Positions 8,872 through 17,473 of a stretch of 64,000 nt of DNA are shown piece by piece. Source of the DNA: a virus. Under the pieces are notes generated by a model. The model saw only the letters and a program-made list of their open reading frames with translations, had not been told where the DNA came from and did no database searches. Within the stretch, counting starts at the first letter, position 1. Each line of letters begins with the position of its first letter. The stretch lies in the IMG/VR virus record IMGVR_UViG_3300009149_000016, positions 43,137 to 107,136 of that record; one strand, given 5' to 3'. A program made the position numbers and the translations under genes.

Positions 8872-9189
8872 ATGAAGACTCTCGAAGCCCCCTCAGCCGT
8901 CACCGTCAACGCAGTCGCCCGCAAGTGGGCCAAGGCGCGTCCCGAGAGCGCTCAGCGCATCAAGCGGGCGGTCGCCCTGGTCGCCACCGTCGAGCGCACC
9001 GGCTCCCACACGTTCGCCGTCGAAGGCTCGGACGGTCGCAGCTACCAGGTGTGGGTCAACTGGCAGAAGCACACGAGCACATGCACATGCCCTGACTCGA
9101 TGGGTCGGGGAGCCAAGTGCAAGCACCGCTGGGCTGCGGCGCTCGTCATCGCCGGCCGGTCAACCGACCGCAAGGCTGCCCAAGCCTAG
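8872..9189 (+). CDS. SWIM zinc-finger protein
   Basis: VEGSDGRSYQV...CTCPD...CKH SWIM signature. Confidence 0.85.
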   Translation: MKTLEAPSAVTVNAVARKWAKARPESAQRIKRAVALVATVERTGSHTFAVEGSDGRSYQVWVNWQKHTSTCTCPDSMGRGAKCKHRWAAALVIAGRSTDRKAAQA

Positions 9190-9617
9190 ACGGTCGCTTG
9201 GGGTGCCTGGGACTTGCGCTTGAGGAACTGGCGCTCCCAATGCTTGCTCCGGGTTCCCAAGTACAGGACCCGGTCGTTCGGACACGGCGTGACGATCACG
9301 TTTGTCATCGGCACCCGCCCAACCTTTTTCCCACACTGAAGCTTGTAGCCGGTCCCATTGGTCCAAACGGCGCCCCGCCCGCTCGTGAGCAGTTCGCTCG
9401 CAAGGTCCATCGCGTGCGTCCGGTCAATCCGAAACCGAATGAACGTGAGAGCGCCGATGTTGAGCGGGCCGTTCGCTTCGAGGAAATCAAACTTGATCTG
9501 GGCTTTCGCTGCGGTTCGCAAGACTGCTTCTGCGACGTCTTGGACCGATTCGAGGGATTGTTGTTCGACAGCGAAGTACGTCGCCGGGGTGTTCGAAGGA
9601 AAGAAGTGGTGCATCAT
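9186..9617 (-). CDS. hypothetical protein
   Basis: ATGA overlap with the DHFR stop. Confidence 0.6.
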   Translation of the reverse strand: MMHHFFPSNTPATYFAVEQQSLESVQDVAEAVLRTAAKAQIKFDFLEANGPLNIGALTFIRFRIDRTHAMDLASELLTSGRGAVWTNGTGYKLQCGKKVGRVPMTNVIVTPCPNDRVLYLGTRSKHWERQFLKRKSQAPQATV

Positions 9618-10402
9618 GTTCGTACGTAGTAGCGGTGGAGAAGGTCAGGGTCGTCGGGGTTGTGGCTCTCGGATTCGAGAGTGAATGCTTCCATGGGCAG
9701 GCGAGGCATCGGGGTGATGTCACCCATTGAGAGAACCACAAGATCTGGCACGATTGTCAGATCCAATGCGTCGACGAATGGCAGCGCCGCCTCATAGACC
9801 ATCGCACCACCCGCTACCCACCTTGGTCGTCCAGCAAAGTACATTCTCGAAAGTTCGAACGCAAGCTCGATTTCGTTGACTGCCCGCACGCCCGTGTCTT
9901 GAAACGGACCTGGGTTGCTCGTGAGCACGATGATCTCACGCCCCTTGAGCTTTTTCCGTCCAAGCGACTCGTAGGTCTTGCGCCCCATGATGAGCACACC
10001 GCCCATCGTCCGCTGTTTGAATCGGCGCATGTCGGCCTTACGATGCCACGGGATGCCTCCGTCGGCTCCGATGACACCTTGGGGGTTGATGGCGGCGATA
10101 AGCGTCGTCTTGACCTGTTTCTCTTCCACTATGCGCTCCCAGATGGTTGGGCGACCGGCGAGGGGCCCCCAAATCTCCAAAGCTTCCTCTTGGGTGGCCT
10201 CTCGCTCTGGGATCTTGTCCAAATCCATGATCTGCTCAGGCTTGTAGACATGCCCCCGGTCGACGAAGTAGCTCTTGTGGTCGGAAGGCATCTCTCCGGG
10301 CTTGAGGAAACGCCCCATGTTGAGCACGAGAAGCAGAAATCCATCCGTCGTTCGATGCCATTTGACGATCTGCTTCGTTGCCAGGATGTAGGTGCGGCCC
10401 AT
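9614..10402 (-). CDS. folA: dihydrofolate reductase with ~90-aa N-terminal extension
   Basis: LIAA...VIG...IPW...DMRRFKQRT...IMGRKTYESL...VAGGAMVY DHFR motifs in the C-terminal ~170 aa. Confidence 0.88.
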   Translation of the reverse strand: MGRTYILATKQIVKWHRTTDGFLLLVLNMGRFLKPGEMPSDHKSYFVDRGHVYKPEQIMDLDKIPEREATQEEALEIWGPLAGRPTIWERIVEEKQVKTTLIAAINPQGVIGADGGIPWHRKADMRRFKQRTMGGVLIMGRKTYESLGRKKLKGREIIVLTSNPGPFQDTGVRAVNEIELAFELSRMYFAGRPRWVAGGAMVYEAALPFVDALDLTIVPDLVVLSMGDITPMPRLPMEAFTLESESHNPDDPDLLHRYYVRT

Positions 10403-10659
10403 CAAAACACTCCAAGGTGAACACAGGGGGTCTCATTGACCGGAGAAGTCCACCCCAAGATCAGACATAGAGGACAAGGGATGTGCTCAAACTCGATACC
10501 ATGCACCTTTTCCACCCGCAAGATCGCCTGAAGGTACCTCTTGGACATCGGAAAGTGATGCCTTCGAAGATACCTCCAGCCTGTCACGTACCACAGGATA
10601 CAGCACGGGTGGATATCCGAGCGCAGCCCGTTGACCATGTGCTCAAAGGTGTCACTCAC
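10402..10659 (-). CDS. hypothetical Cys/His protein
   Basis: Overlaps both neighbours (GTGA, TGATG); IHPCC and IPCPLC. Confidence 0.6.
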   Translation of the reverse strand: MSDTFEHMVNGLRSDIHPCCILWYVTGWRYLRRHHFPMSKRYLQAILRVEKVHGIEFEHIPCPLCLILGWTSPVNETPCVHLGVF

Positions 10660-11771
10660 ACGGCGACCTTGAACTTGATGTTTTCCCGGGGCATGTAGTT
10701 CTCGATCCGGAACAGCTTCATGATCTGCTCCGTCGTCACCGAAGGATCCAAAAGGGCCTCAACGTCTTCGAGCGTCCGAATGGAATCGTCAATGAAAAGA
10801 TTGGGGGGCGAGTCAATGTCCCGCTCAAGCTGTTCTTCGAGCCCGGGTACGTGGTCGTACTCGGCTTGGGTACCGTCGGCTTTCTTCGTGTAGATGTGGG
10901 TATCCACGAGCGTGTGGCCGAAGATCCCAGCTTCCATGTCGGCAAACCGAGCCATGAGCGAACACAGAAGGGCGTAGCTTGCGAGGTTGTACGGCACCCC
11001 CAACGCCACATCGCATGAGCGCTGGGTCAAGTGCAGGCAAAGCCGTCGGGGGTCGTCATAGGCCGGACCATCCTTGAAAGGTTCACTCTTGTGAATCTTG
11101 TTCAAGATTTGTTTGCACTTGGGACACCAAGCTTGCCCCCGATCAAGCACAGCAATTCCGGTTCGGGTTTGCGAACCACGAGGTGCGCCGCAGACAGGAT
11201 CAAATCCGTCGTTGTGCCCATAGTGGAACACCTTGTCCACGCCCTGGTTCTGGACGTTGAAGATGAACATGCAGTGGCAGGGGGCCCAATAGGTCTTGAG
11301 GGTCGGGGGCGTTTGCACGATGTGAGGCTGCCAGGCGCTTACCACGAGATCCCGCCGCATCGGGTTGGTCTGAAGCTGCCCCATCACCCACTTGATTTGG
11401 TCGTTCCATTCGGTGACCGGCCCATCGTAGCCGAGCCCCGTCTCATCCATACGGTAGCCGGGGGTCTCGAACCGGCGCCAGGCGGGCCCATAGGCGGCGT
11501 TGACCTTCCCGTCGTCCCGGTACCAGGGTCGCCAGAACTTGATCCCATGCCGCTCAAGGAAGTCTTGCCCGTTGGTACCCGACAGGAACCACAGAAGCTC
11601 GATCACAATGTTCTTCCACTGGATTTCCTTCGTGGTCAGAAGCGGGAAGCCATCCCTCAGATCGTGCTCGTAGTAGTACCCAAACGTTGACAAGGTGTCT
11701 ACGCCAGTTCGGTTTTCCTTGCGAACGCCGTGCTTGAGCACATGGCGCACGAGATCATGATATTGTCTCAT
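10656..11771 (-). CDS. thyA: thymidylate synthase with internal insertion
   Basis: NRTG, FPLLTTK, ELLWFL, PCH catalytic Cys, QRSCD...VPYN (dUMP-specifying Asn), DTHIY, C-terminal KVAV. Confidence 0.95.
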   Translation of the reverse strand: MRQYHDLVRHVLKHGVRKENRTGVDTLSTFGYYYEHDLRDGFPLLTTKEIQWKNIVIELLWFLSGTNGQDFLERHGIKFWRPWYRDDGKVNAAYGPAWRRFETPGYRMDETGLGYDGPVTEWNDQIKWVMGQLQTNPMRRDLVVSAWQPHIVQTPPTLKTYWAPCHCMFIFNVQNQGVDKVFHYGHNDGFDPVCGAPRGSQTRTGIAVLDRGQAWCPKCKQILNKIHKSEPFKDGPAYDDPRRLCLHLTQRSCDVALGVPYNLASYALLCSLMARFADMEAGIFGHTLVDTHIYTKKADGTQAEYDHVPGLEEQLERDIDSPPNLFIDDSIRTLEDVEALLDPSVTTEQIMKLFRIENYMPRENIKFKVAV

Positions 11772-11997
11772 TTTCCACTTTCACGGGGAGGGGGTAGTGA
11801 ATGAAGTCGAAGGTGGCGCAGGTTCCGCAGCTTCGGCACTTGTAGACGTAGATTCCATCCCGAATGGCCTTGAACACCGGATCCACGTTGAGAAACTCAC
11901 CACATTTGCAGCGGGTCACGAAGCCTTGGTCGGCAAGTAGCTTCTGTTCCAGCCGTTTCCGAAGATAGGCGTGGTACCAGTCAACCAAGAACTTCAT
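11755..11997 (-). CDS. small zinc-ribbon protein
   Basis: CKC...CRSC; GGAGAGG RBS; ATGA overlap. Confidence 0.6.
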   Translation of the reverse strand: MKFLVDWYHAYLRKRLEQKLLADQGFVTRCKCGEFLNVDPVFKAIRDGIYVYKCRSCGTCATFDFIHYPLPVKVENETIS

Positions 11998-12272
11998 AGC
12001 CTCTCCCAGATGGTTGGGCGCTTCTGGTCCCACCCCAGTTCGGCCTCACGCACCCTGGAAGCGTGCACGAAGGCTTCCAGGGCGTCGTAGAAGTCCGTCG
12101 TGTGCAAGGTTATGCGCTCGTTGGAGCACAAGAGTCCATCCTTGACTCGCAGGGTGACCACCGGAACCTTTTCCCTCCGGTCGATCTTGAGATAAACCAC
12201 ATCACCTACGGCAAAAACGGTGACGTCATCCTCATCGGAGTTGGCTTCCGGGCCGATAACAACGGTCCTCAT
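11994..12272 (-). CDS. hypothetical protein ending in RPTIWERL
   Basis: ATGA-coupled on both sides. Confidence 0.65.
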   Translation of the reverse strand: MRTVVIGPEANSDEDDVTVFAVGDVVYLKIDRREKVPVVTLRVKDGLLCSNERITLHTTDFYDALEAFVHASRVREAELGWDQKRPTIWERL

Positions 12273-12838
12273 TGGTACCTTCGTCCGGTCCAGGCGGCGA
12301 CGTGGTTGTAGACGTCACCCCAGTTGTACGCCCGGGTCAAATGCTCGTCCTCTTGGTTGTATGTCGTGTCCCAGAGGATTCCCTCACCGTTCGGGTGCGC
12401 TGCGAGCCACTTCTGAACGTTTTCCGGCTTGTCATCGATCAGGATGTCGCCGTCGACGACTTCCTTATAGCCCGTCTGGACGATCTTCCTCGGGTCGAAG
12501 CCGAACTTGCCAGCGAGCCAGAAGCTTCGCTCATAGGCCCACGTAGGGCTCGTGTGGAACGGTGTGGTGACCGGAACCACCTCCCCGAACGTCTGAAGCC
12601 GCTTGACGGCTTCGGGAGCCTCTGGGAAGGGCTCGATCCCCGCACAGAACCCTGGCTGGTTCATGGCGAACCGCAAGTGCTCGTGGTGCTCAGATGGGAT
12701 GAGCTTCTGGATGTCCCAATCGACAACCTGCTCCGGGCGCAAGGTGATGCCCATGTGCTGCTTGATCAGCTTGAGAACGGCTCCCGTGAAGTCCCCGACG
12801 ACTCCATCAACGTCCAGCAAGATTCGTGGCTTTGGCAT
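12269..12838 (-). CDS. 5'(3')-deoxyribonucleotidase, HAD family (NT5C-like)
   Basis: LLDVDGVVGDF motif I; K...GDILIDDKPEN motif IV. Confidence 0.9.
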   Translation of the reverse strand: MPKPRILLDVDGVVGDFTGAVLKLIKQHMGITLRPEQVVDWDIQKLIPSEHHEHLRFAMNQPGFCAGIEPFPEAPEAVKRLQTFGEVVPVTTPFHTSPTWAYERSFWLAGKFGFDPRKIVQTGYKEVVDGDILIDDKPENVQKWLAAHPNGEGILWDTTYNQEDEHLTRAYNWGDVYNHVAAWTGRRYQ

Positions 12839-13156
12839 TTACTTCCTCTTGAAATGGATCTGGCTTCGAGCAAGAGCTTCTACCAGCCCAGGCGGGTCCG
12901 CATCTTCCCCCGCATCCTCGAACACGTCAAGATCGTTGGCAGCCCGCAAAAGGTGACTGTACTGGTCACCCCCCGTCTTCCATTCAGCGATGACGCCATG
13001 CATCGCACGGCTCACCTCTTGAAATTCAGAATCCGAACGGCACCGACGAAACATAAGGGTGAAAGTCTCGGCTTGCTCAGCGGTAAGCTCGCCAATCTTT
13101 CGGAACCCCTCAACGATGGTTTGGAACTTCTGCTTTTGTCGACGCTTGTTCGTCAC
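12839..13156 (-). CDS. hypothetical protein
   Basis: GTG start 9 nt after GGTGTAG; abuts the nucleotidase gene. Confidence 0.6.
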   Translation of the reverse strand: MTNKRRQKQKFQTIVEGFRKIGELTAEQAETFTLMFRRCRSDSEFQEVSRAMHGVIAEWKTGGDQYSHLLRAANDLDVFEDAGEDADPPGLVEALARSQIHFKRK

Positions 13157-13165
13157 CCAGAAGTG

Positions 13166-13387
13166 CTACACCAGCTTGTAACCCAGAGCGCACCCAGATC
13201 CCTGCCCACCGACCTTGGTCAGTCGACCCTCTTTGACCAACTCGTTGAGAAGCGCTTCGGCTTGCTCAAGGGACACGCGACCCTTGTAGCTTGAGACTAC
13301 AGTCCCGACCAGCAAAGGACGGTACCGCTGTTTCTTTGCCAGGGTGAGCGCGAACTCTTTCACTCGAAGTTCTTCAGCTTCGTCCAT
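13166..13387 (-). CDS. hypothetical protein, possible winged helix
   Basis: SLEQAEALLNELVKEGRL resembles a wHTH recognition helix and wing. Confidence 0.5.
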   Translation of the reverse strand: MDEAEELRVKEFALTLAKKQRYRPLLVGTVVSSYKGRVSLEQAEALLNELVKEGRLTKVGGQGSGCALGYKLV

Positions 13388-13655
13388 GCTCGATCCGTAT
13401 GGGGGGAAGCTCGGGCATTTCGGAATCAAGCCCGAATGCTTTCATTTGGTCTTCGACCGGCGCCACCGCTTCCAACTCGTCAAGTTGGTCTACACTCTTG
13501 ATCGTGGCGCCCTTTTCTTCCAGCCGGGCCGTCAAGCCTTCGATGTCATCTGTGATCACCGAAAATACGTTCGTGCCGGAATCAAGGACAATCTCCTCAG
13601 CCTCATCGATGATGAGATCCCGACAGAACGCTTGGACAGAATAGTGACCCATCAC
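13374..13655 (-). CDS. hypothetical acidic protein
   Basis: Coupled to the upstream ORF. Confidence 0.6.
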   Translation of the reverse strand: MMGHYSVQAFCRDLIIDEAEEIVLDSGTNVFSVITDDIEGLTARLEEKGATIKSVDQLDELEAVAPVEDQMKAFGLDSEMPELPPIRIEHGRS

Positions 13656-13873
13656 GAAGCGAGGAACGAGGGTTGCCCACCCAAGACCAGTTCCCGGTAG
13701 GCTTCCGTGAGGACGCCGCTCGGCTTGAGGTTGCCCTCGTACGCCAAAGCGGTTGAAGTGCCCCCACCCTCCGTTGCCCAGCGAGCCGAGTAGTTCGGAT
13801 CTGAGTAGGATTGGTTTTTACCGATCGGAGCGTTCCAATCGGGAAGAGTCGGAAGTGGATCGCCGGCTGCCAT
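13652..13873 (-). CDS. hypothetical protein (73 aa)
   Basis: AGGAG RBS. Confidence 0.6.
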   Translation of the reverse strand: MAAGDPLPTLPDWNAPIGKNQSYSDPNYSARWATEGGGTSTALAYEGNLKPSGVLTEAYRELVLGGQPSFLAS

Positions 13874-13884
13874 GATTAGATCTC

Positions 13885-14250
13885 CTATTCAGCGAGAACG
13901 CCAGCTTCGACCGTACCCGGTCGAGCCCATAGGATGGTACCACTCGGCCACTCCGTGATGGTAGTCGCTTCTGCCAAAATGGTGTTCCTATCCGAAACTG
14001 CCCCGGCGCCCTCGCCCTCCAACCGGACAGCGAACCAAGCGATCTCCCCAATAACTGAGCTATCACCGGGGATGAGCGCTTCGATGGTCGTGTCGTCCCA
14101 GCTTTCAGGGATTACCTCAAAAGCTCCTGCATTCTCGCAGTAGAAAACCAAGACGCTATCACCCTGAGAGGCGCCGAAACCTGAACCCTGAAGGGTTACC
14201 GTCGCGTCTTGTTCCCAGGTGGTTGTGGTACCTTCAATTGACGGGGGCAT
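13885..14250 (-). CDS. IPT/TIG (Ig-like) domain protein
   Basis: P.I...TVTLQGSGFG...V.F...SWDDTTIEA.IP pattern. Confidence 0.7.
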   Translation of the reverse strand: MPPSIEGTTTTWEQDATVTLQGSGFGASQGDSVLVFYCENAGAFEVIPESWDDTTIEALIPGDSSVIGEIAWFAVRLEGEGAGAVSDRNTILAEATTITEWPSGTILWARPGTVEAGVLAE

Positions 14251-14274
14251 ACCCTTTGCCCCTTCATAAGACGA

Positions 14275-15435
14275 CTAGCGGACCACCTCAGCAAGGTGGG
14301 AATCCTCGATCTTTGGTACCTCGAAGACCCGAAGCTCTTCCGTCCACAGATGCACCGTCAAATCAACGTGGGCTTGGATGCGCCACTTGTCGTGAAGCTC
14401 GACGCTCGTCAGTTCCTTGAATTCAGTGAGAACGGATCCAGCCGGGTTCATAATCCCGACGACAACGGGCGCGCTGTCGACGGACCGACAGGCCAAGCGA
14501 AGCCGTTGCATTGCCAAAGCCACCGAGGGAGGGGCCAACCACATCCGGCAATTCATTTCCTTGAATTCGTCCATCGTGGCCGATTCCAAAAGCTGGGACC
14601 CCTCGCACATCTGCGTGATGGCGTGGGCCACGTCGTTCATCAAACCTCGGTACAGAGCCGAGAGCACCTGGTTTTTCCGGTTGAAGTGAACGTTCGTGGT
14701 CGACGGGTCCTGAATGGGGATCGTCACCAGCGGGGAAGCGTGAACGAGCCGCTTGGTCCCATGCGCTGGTACCTTATCGGAAAAGGTCATGAGCCCATGA
14801 AGATGGGCGGCGGGTCCGCTTTCCGTCAGAAGGTTTTCCAGGAAAGTTTCTCGGATCTCCTCTGCCATGGTCTTTCGGCCATTGCGGGTAGCGATCCGAA
14901 GGCGCCGGTCACCGGTCTGCACGAGAAAGTCAGTCTGGGCGCCTTTCTTGGCAAGGGTCGCCTGGTTCGCCAACTCCCGCCCCTTCTCGTGGAAGTCGTG
15001 GATGACCTGGGCTTCGATCTCAGGATGCACCCGGGGAAGGGGCGTCACCATGTTGCCCGACTCACGAGGGACTGTGGCTGGCGTGTAGATGGCTTCCGGC
15101 GTGACCTTGCGAATCAAACGGCCGGTCTCCGTGTTGACCATGTAGATCGAACCGTCCCCACCGTCGACGACCTGTTCGTATTCGTCGGCGATGTACTGGG
15201 CAGATGCCATGGCAACCGAGAAGTCGTGACCACCCCACTTGGCGCTCAGGCGCACAGCGAGGTTGTCAGCGAGCCACGTGTTGTCCCGCTTTTCTTCGGT
15301 AAATTGGGTGAATAGAGCGGTTAGCTCTGGGTCTCGCTGGATCTCCCCCCGGGCTGCCATCAAGGCATCGGAGGGAGGCTCAGCGGTTGATAAGACGACC
15401 ACATCGGTCGCCTTTTTGGTGATGTCAGTCGTCAT
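14275..15435 (-). CDS. hypothetical protein; C-terminal half possibly a degenerate HK97 capsid fold
   Basis: Long ORF; start at 15435 overlaps the AAA stop (alternative start 15471); fold call is pattern-based only. Confidence 0.6.
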   Translation of the reverse strand: MTTDITKKATDVVVLSTAEPPSDALMAARGEIQRDPELTALFTQFTEEKRDNTWLADNLAVRLSAKWGGHDFSVAMASAQYIADEYEQVVDGGDGSIYMVNTETGRLIRKVTPEAIYTPATVPRESGNMVTPLPRVHPEIEAQVIHDFHEKGRELANQATLAKKGAQTDFLVQTGDRRLRIATRNGRKTMAEEIRETFLENLLTESGPAAHLHGLMTFSDKVPAHGTKRLVHASPLVTIPIQDPSTTNVHFNRKNQVLSALYRGLMNDVAHAITQMCEGSQLLESATMDEFKEMNCRMWLAPPSVALAMQRLRLACRSVDSAPVVVGIMNPAGSVLTEFKELTSVELHDKWRIQAHVDLTVHLWTEELRVFEVPKIEDSHLAEVVR

Positions 15436-16999
15436 CGTTGGTGATGAGTCGAAGGCTTTCGCTCTTGCCATCACTGGCGAACCGAGCACGAATGCCTTCC
15501 TTGGCGTCAGGGTCATACCCAACCCACTCGATAAGCTCTTGAACCTCGTCGACCATGGTCCGATGGATCCGGGGCTTGCTCTCCAACTCGATCTTCAGGA
15601 TGTCCTGATCGAGCTTGGGCTTCTCCTGCGAAAACGATTCGACCATGGCAGCGTAGATCGCTTGCTCAATCTCACGCCCGACCATCCGTTGAGACGATTC
15701 CGCCAGCATTGCCAGGTTGTAGTCCTCCGGGTCAGCGTTGACCTTTTTCAGGTGGATCTTGAGGATCTCGATGCGTTCCTCCTCGTTGGGCATGTCGAAG
15801 AAGAATCGCTCATCCATGCGGTTGACGAACTCGGCGGGCATGCTCGTCAAGCTGTTTGCCGTCATCGCCAAGCACACGGGTGCTTTCGTCTCCTGAAGCC
15901 AGGTCGACAGGATGCCGATGGTCCGGCTCGTGGTACCTGCATCCGACTGTGCCGACGACGCGTTGCCCGACAAGGACTTGTCAGCTTCGTCGAGCCACAC
16001 GATGCACGGGGCGACCGATTCGATCAGGCGGCATGCCCGATAGACGTTGGCTTCCGACTCGCCCACGCCGCTCGACCGCAGCTTGCCCATCTCCATCTGG
16101 ACGACCGGCAGTTGCCACGCCGCTCCCATCGCCTTGACGCTCAGGGACTTGCCGCACCCCCACACGCCCACAGCGAGCACTCCCTTGGGCGGCTTGAGCC
16201 CGTACTCCTGCCCCTTCTCGCTCCACGTCGCCTTCTGCTTGCGGGTCCACTGCTTGAACCGCTGGACCCCGCCCACGACGTCGAAGTTGAATTCGTCCGT
16301 GTCCACGTAGGTGAGCAGATCCGTCTTGGCAAGCTGCCGGCGCCGGAATTCGGCGACATAGGACGGGTCGATTCGCTTCGGGTCCTTCTTGTCCTTCTTG
16401 GTCTTGATGACGCTCTGCGCAATCGCCGCTCGCACCTCGAAGCTCGTAAGCCCAGCGAACACCTTGGAAGCGTTGGGCAGCGGGGGGCGCTTCAGGAATC
16501 CGCACGTTTCCGTGACGATTTCCTCGATCTCGGGATCCGTGAGCCCGTGGTCATGCACTACCTCGAAGTAGCGCGAAAGCTTCTCAGGGATCATCAACCG
16601 GGGCCCGACGAAGATCAGGATCTTGACGGTCCGGATGTTGTTGTGCAACTGGTGCACGATGTTGAGGATTCGCCGCTGCGTGTGCTCGTCCCGCAACCAC
16701 CGCTCAGGGTCCGTGATGATGTAGAAGTTCTGCTCCTCACGAGGGTCATCCCGGTAGATCTTGATCAGAGCGTCGTGGATCGAACCACACTCACGGTTCT
16801 CAGCGTGGGCTCTGGTGGACCAATCCTTCGTCAGGGCTTCGATGGGTTGCAGCCCCATGGCAGCGTTGAACACCCACGTTCGCTTGACTTGCTTGCTCAA
16901 GACCTGTTGGAATCGCAGCAGGAAGCGGTCCTCTTCGTCAGTGACGAAAAAGATGCACTTGGCGAGACTGCGGAGAAAAAAGGCTAGTTCCGAATTCAT
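15425..16999 (-). CDS. Ycf46-like AAA+ ATPase
   Basis: Degenerate N-terminal AAA domain; Walker A GVWGCGKS, VGESE, Walker B WLDEADK, TAN; GAGG RBS before the ATG at 16999. Confidence 0.85.
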   Translation of the reverse strand: MNSELAFFLRSLAKCIFFVTDEEDRFLLRFQQVLSKQVKRTWVFNAAMGLQPIEALTKDWSTRAHAENRECGSIHDALIKIYRDDPREEQNFYIITDPERWLRDEHTQRRILNIVHQLHNNIRTVKILIFVGPRLMIPEKLSRYFEVVHDHGLTDPEIEEIVTETCGFLKRPPLPNASKVFAGLTSFEVRAAIAQSVIKTKKDKKDPKRIDPSYVAEFRRRQLAKTDLLTYVDTDEFNFDVVGGVQRFKQWTRKQKATWSEKGQEYGLKPPKGVLAVGVWGCGKSLSVKAMGAAWQLPVVQMEMGKLRSSGVGESEANVYRACRLIESVAPCIVWLDEADKSLSGNASSAQSDAGTTSRTIGILSTWLQETKAPVCLAMTANSLTSMPAEFVNRMDERFFFDMPNEEERIEILKIHLKKVNADPEDYNLAMLAESSQRMVGREIEQAIYAAMVESFSQEKPKLDQDILKIELESKPRIHRTMVDEVQELIEWVGYDPDAKEGIRARFASDGKSESLRLITNDDD

Positions 17000-17041
17000 G
17001 TTGTCCTCTACACCGAGTGTTCCGACCCCTGAAATGCGACA

Positions 17042-17068
17042 GCCCGTCACCAGTTGAGGGTGACGGGC
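17042..17068 (-). other. 10-bp stem-loop with loop CUCAACU
   Basis: GCCCGTCACC/GGTGACGGGC perfect inverted repeat in the intergenic gap; no strong U-tract. Confidence 0.7.
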
Positions 17069-17108
17069 CGCAGACGGCGCACGTGTGACGTGTTCAGCCG
17101 GTGTTGTG

Positions 17109-17435
17109 TCAGCCGATGGCGTACATGAGGACGACGTTGTCGCCTTCCTGGCTCACCGACTCGATCGTGCCGCCCTGCTTGAAAACCTCTTCCTTGTACT
17201 TGGCGAGGTTGTAGTAGCAGCGCAACTTGCTGAAGGTCGTCTGGTTGTTACCGTAGTCCGTGTCGCCCGTGATGGTGCCGTCGCGAAGGTTGATCGTCGC
17301 GTCACGCAGCCCGTTGCCGCCCGTGATGCGCAGCGTGTCGCCGCTCTCGGAGAACGAAAGGCCCGCTTCCTTCAGGGCTTCCTTCGCCAAGCGCTTGTCG
17401 GTCATGTCAATCTTGGTAGTTACTCGATGGCTCAT
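17109..17435 (-). CDS. DUF1257 (Ycf35-like) protein
   Basis: MSH.....I.MTD...AL..G start and C-terminal Y...KEEV.KQG..I; context next to a Ycf46-like AAA gene. Confidence 0.7.
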   Translation of the reverse strand: MSHRVTTKIDMTDKRLAKEALKEAGLSFSESGDTLRITGGNGLRDATINLRDGTITGDTDYGNNQTTFSKLRCYYNLAKYKEEVFKQGGTIESVSQEGDNVVLMYAIG

Positions 17436-17473
17436 GGTATTCTCCTACACCGTGTGCGCCGCTAGAAGCGGAT

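Noticed and set aside
11049-11249. ThyA insert as an intein or group I intron
   Set aside because: Too short, in frame, and lacks intein termini or an evident intron core.
10656-11771. ThyA as a dCMP hydroxymethylase or other base-modification enzyme
   Set aside because: It keeps the dUMP-specifying Asn (VPYN) and has DHFR nearby; no glycosyltransferase or modification genes were seen.
15239-16987. 582-aa plus-strand ORF, and similar ORFs at 7528, 23645, 26002, 34735 and 60215
   Set aside because: All lie antisense to well-supported minus-strand genes and have shadow-frame composition.
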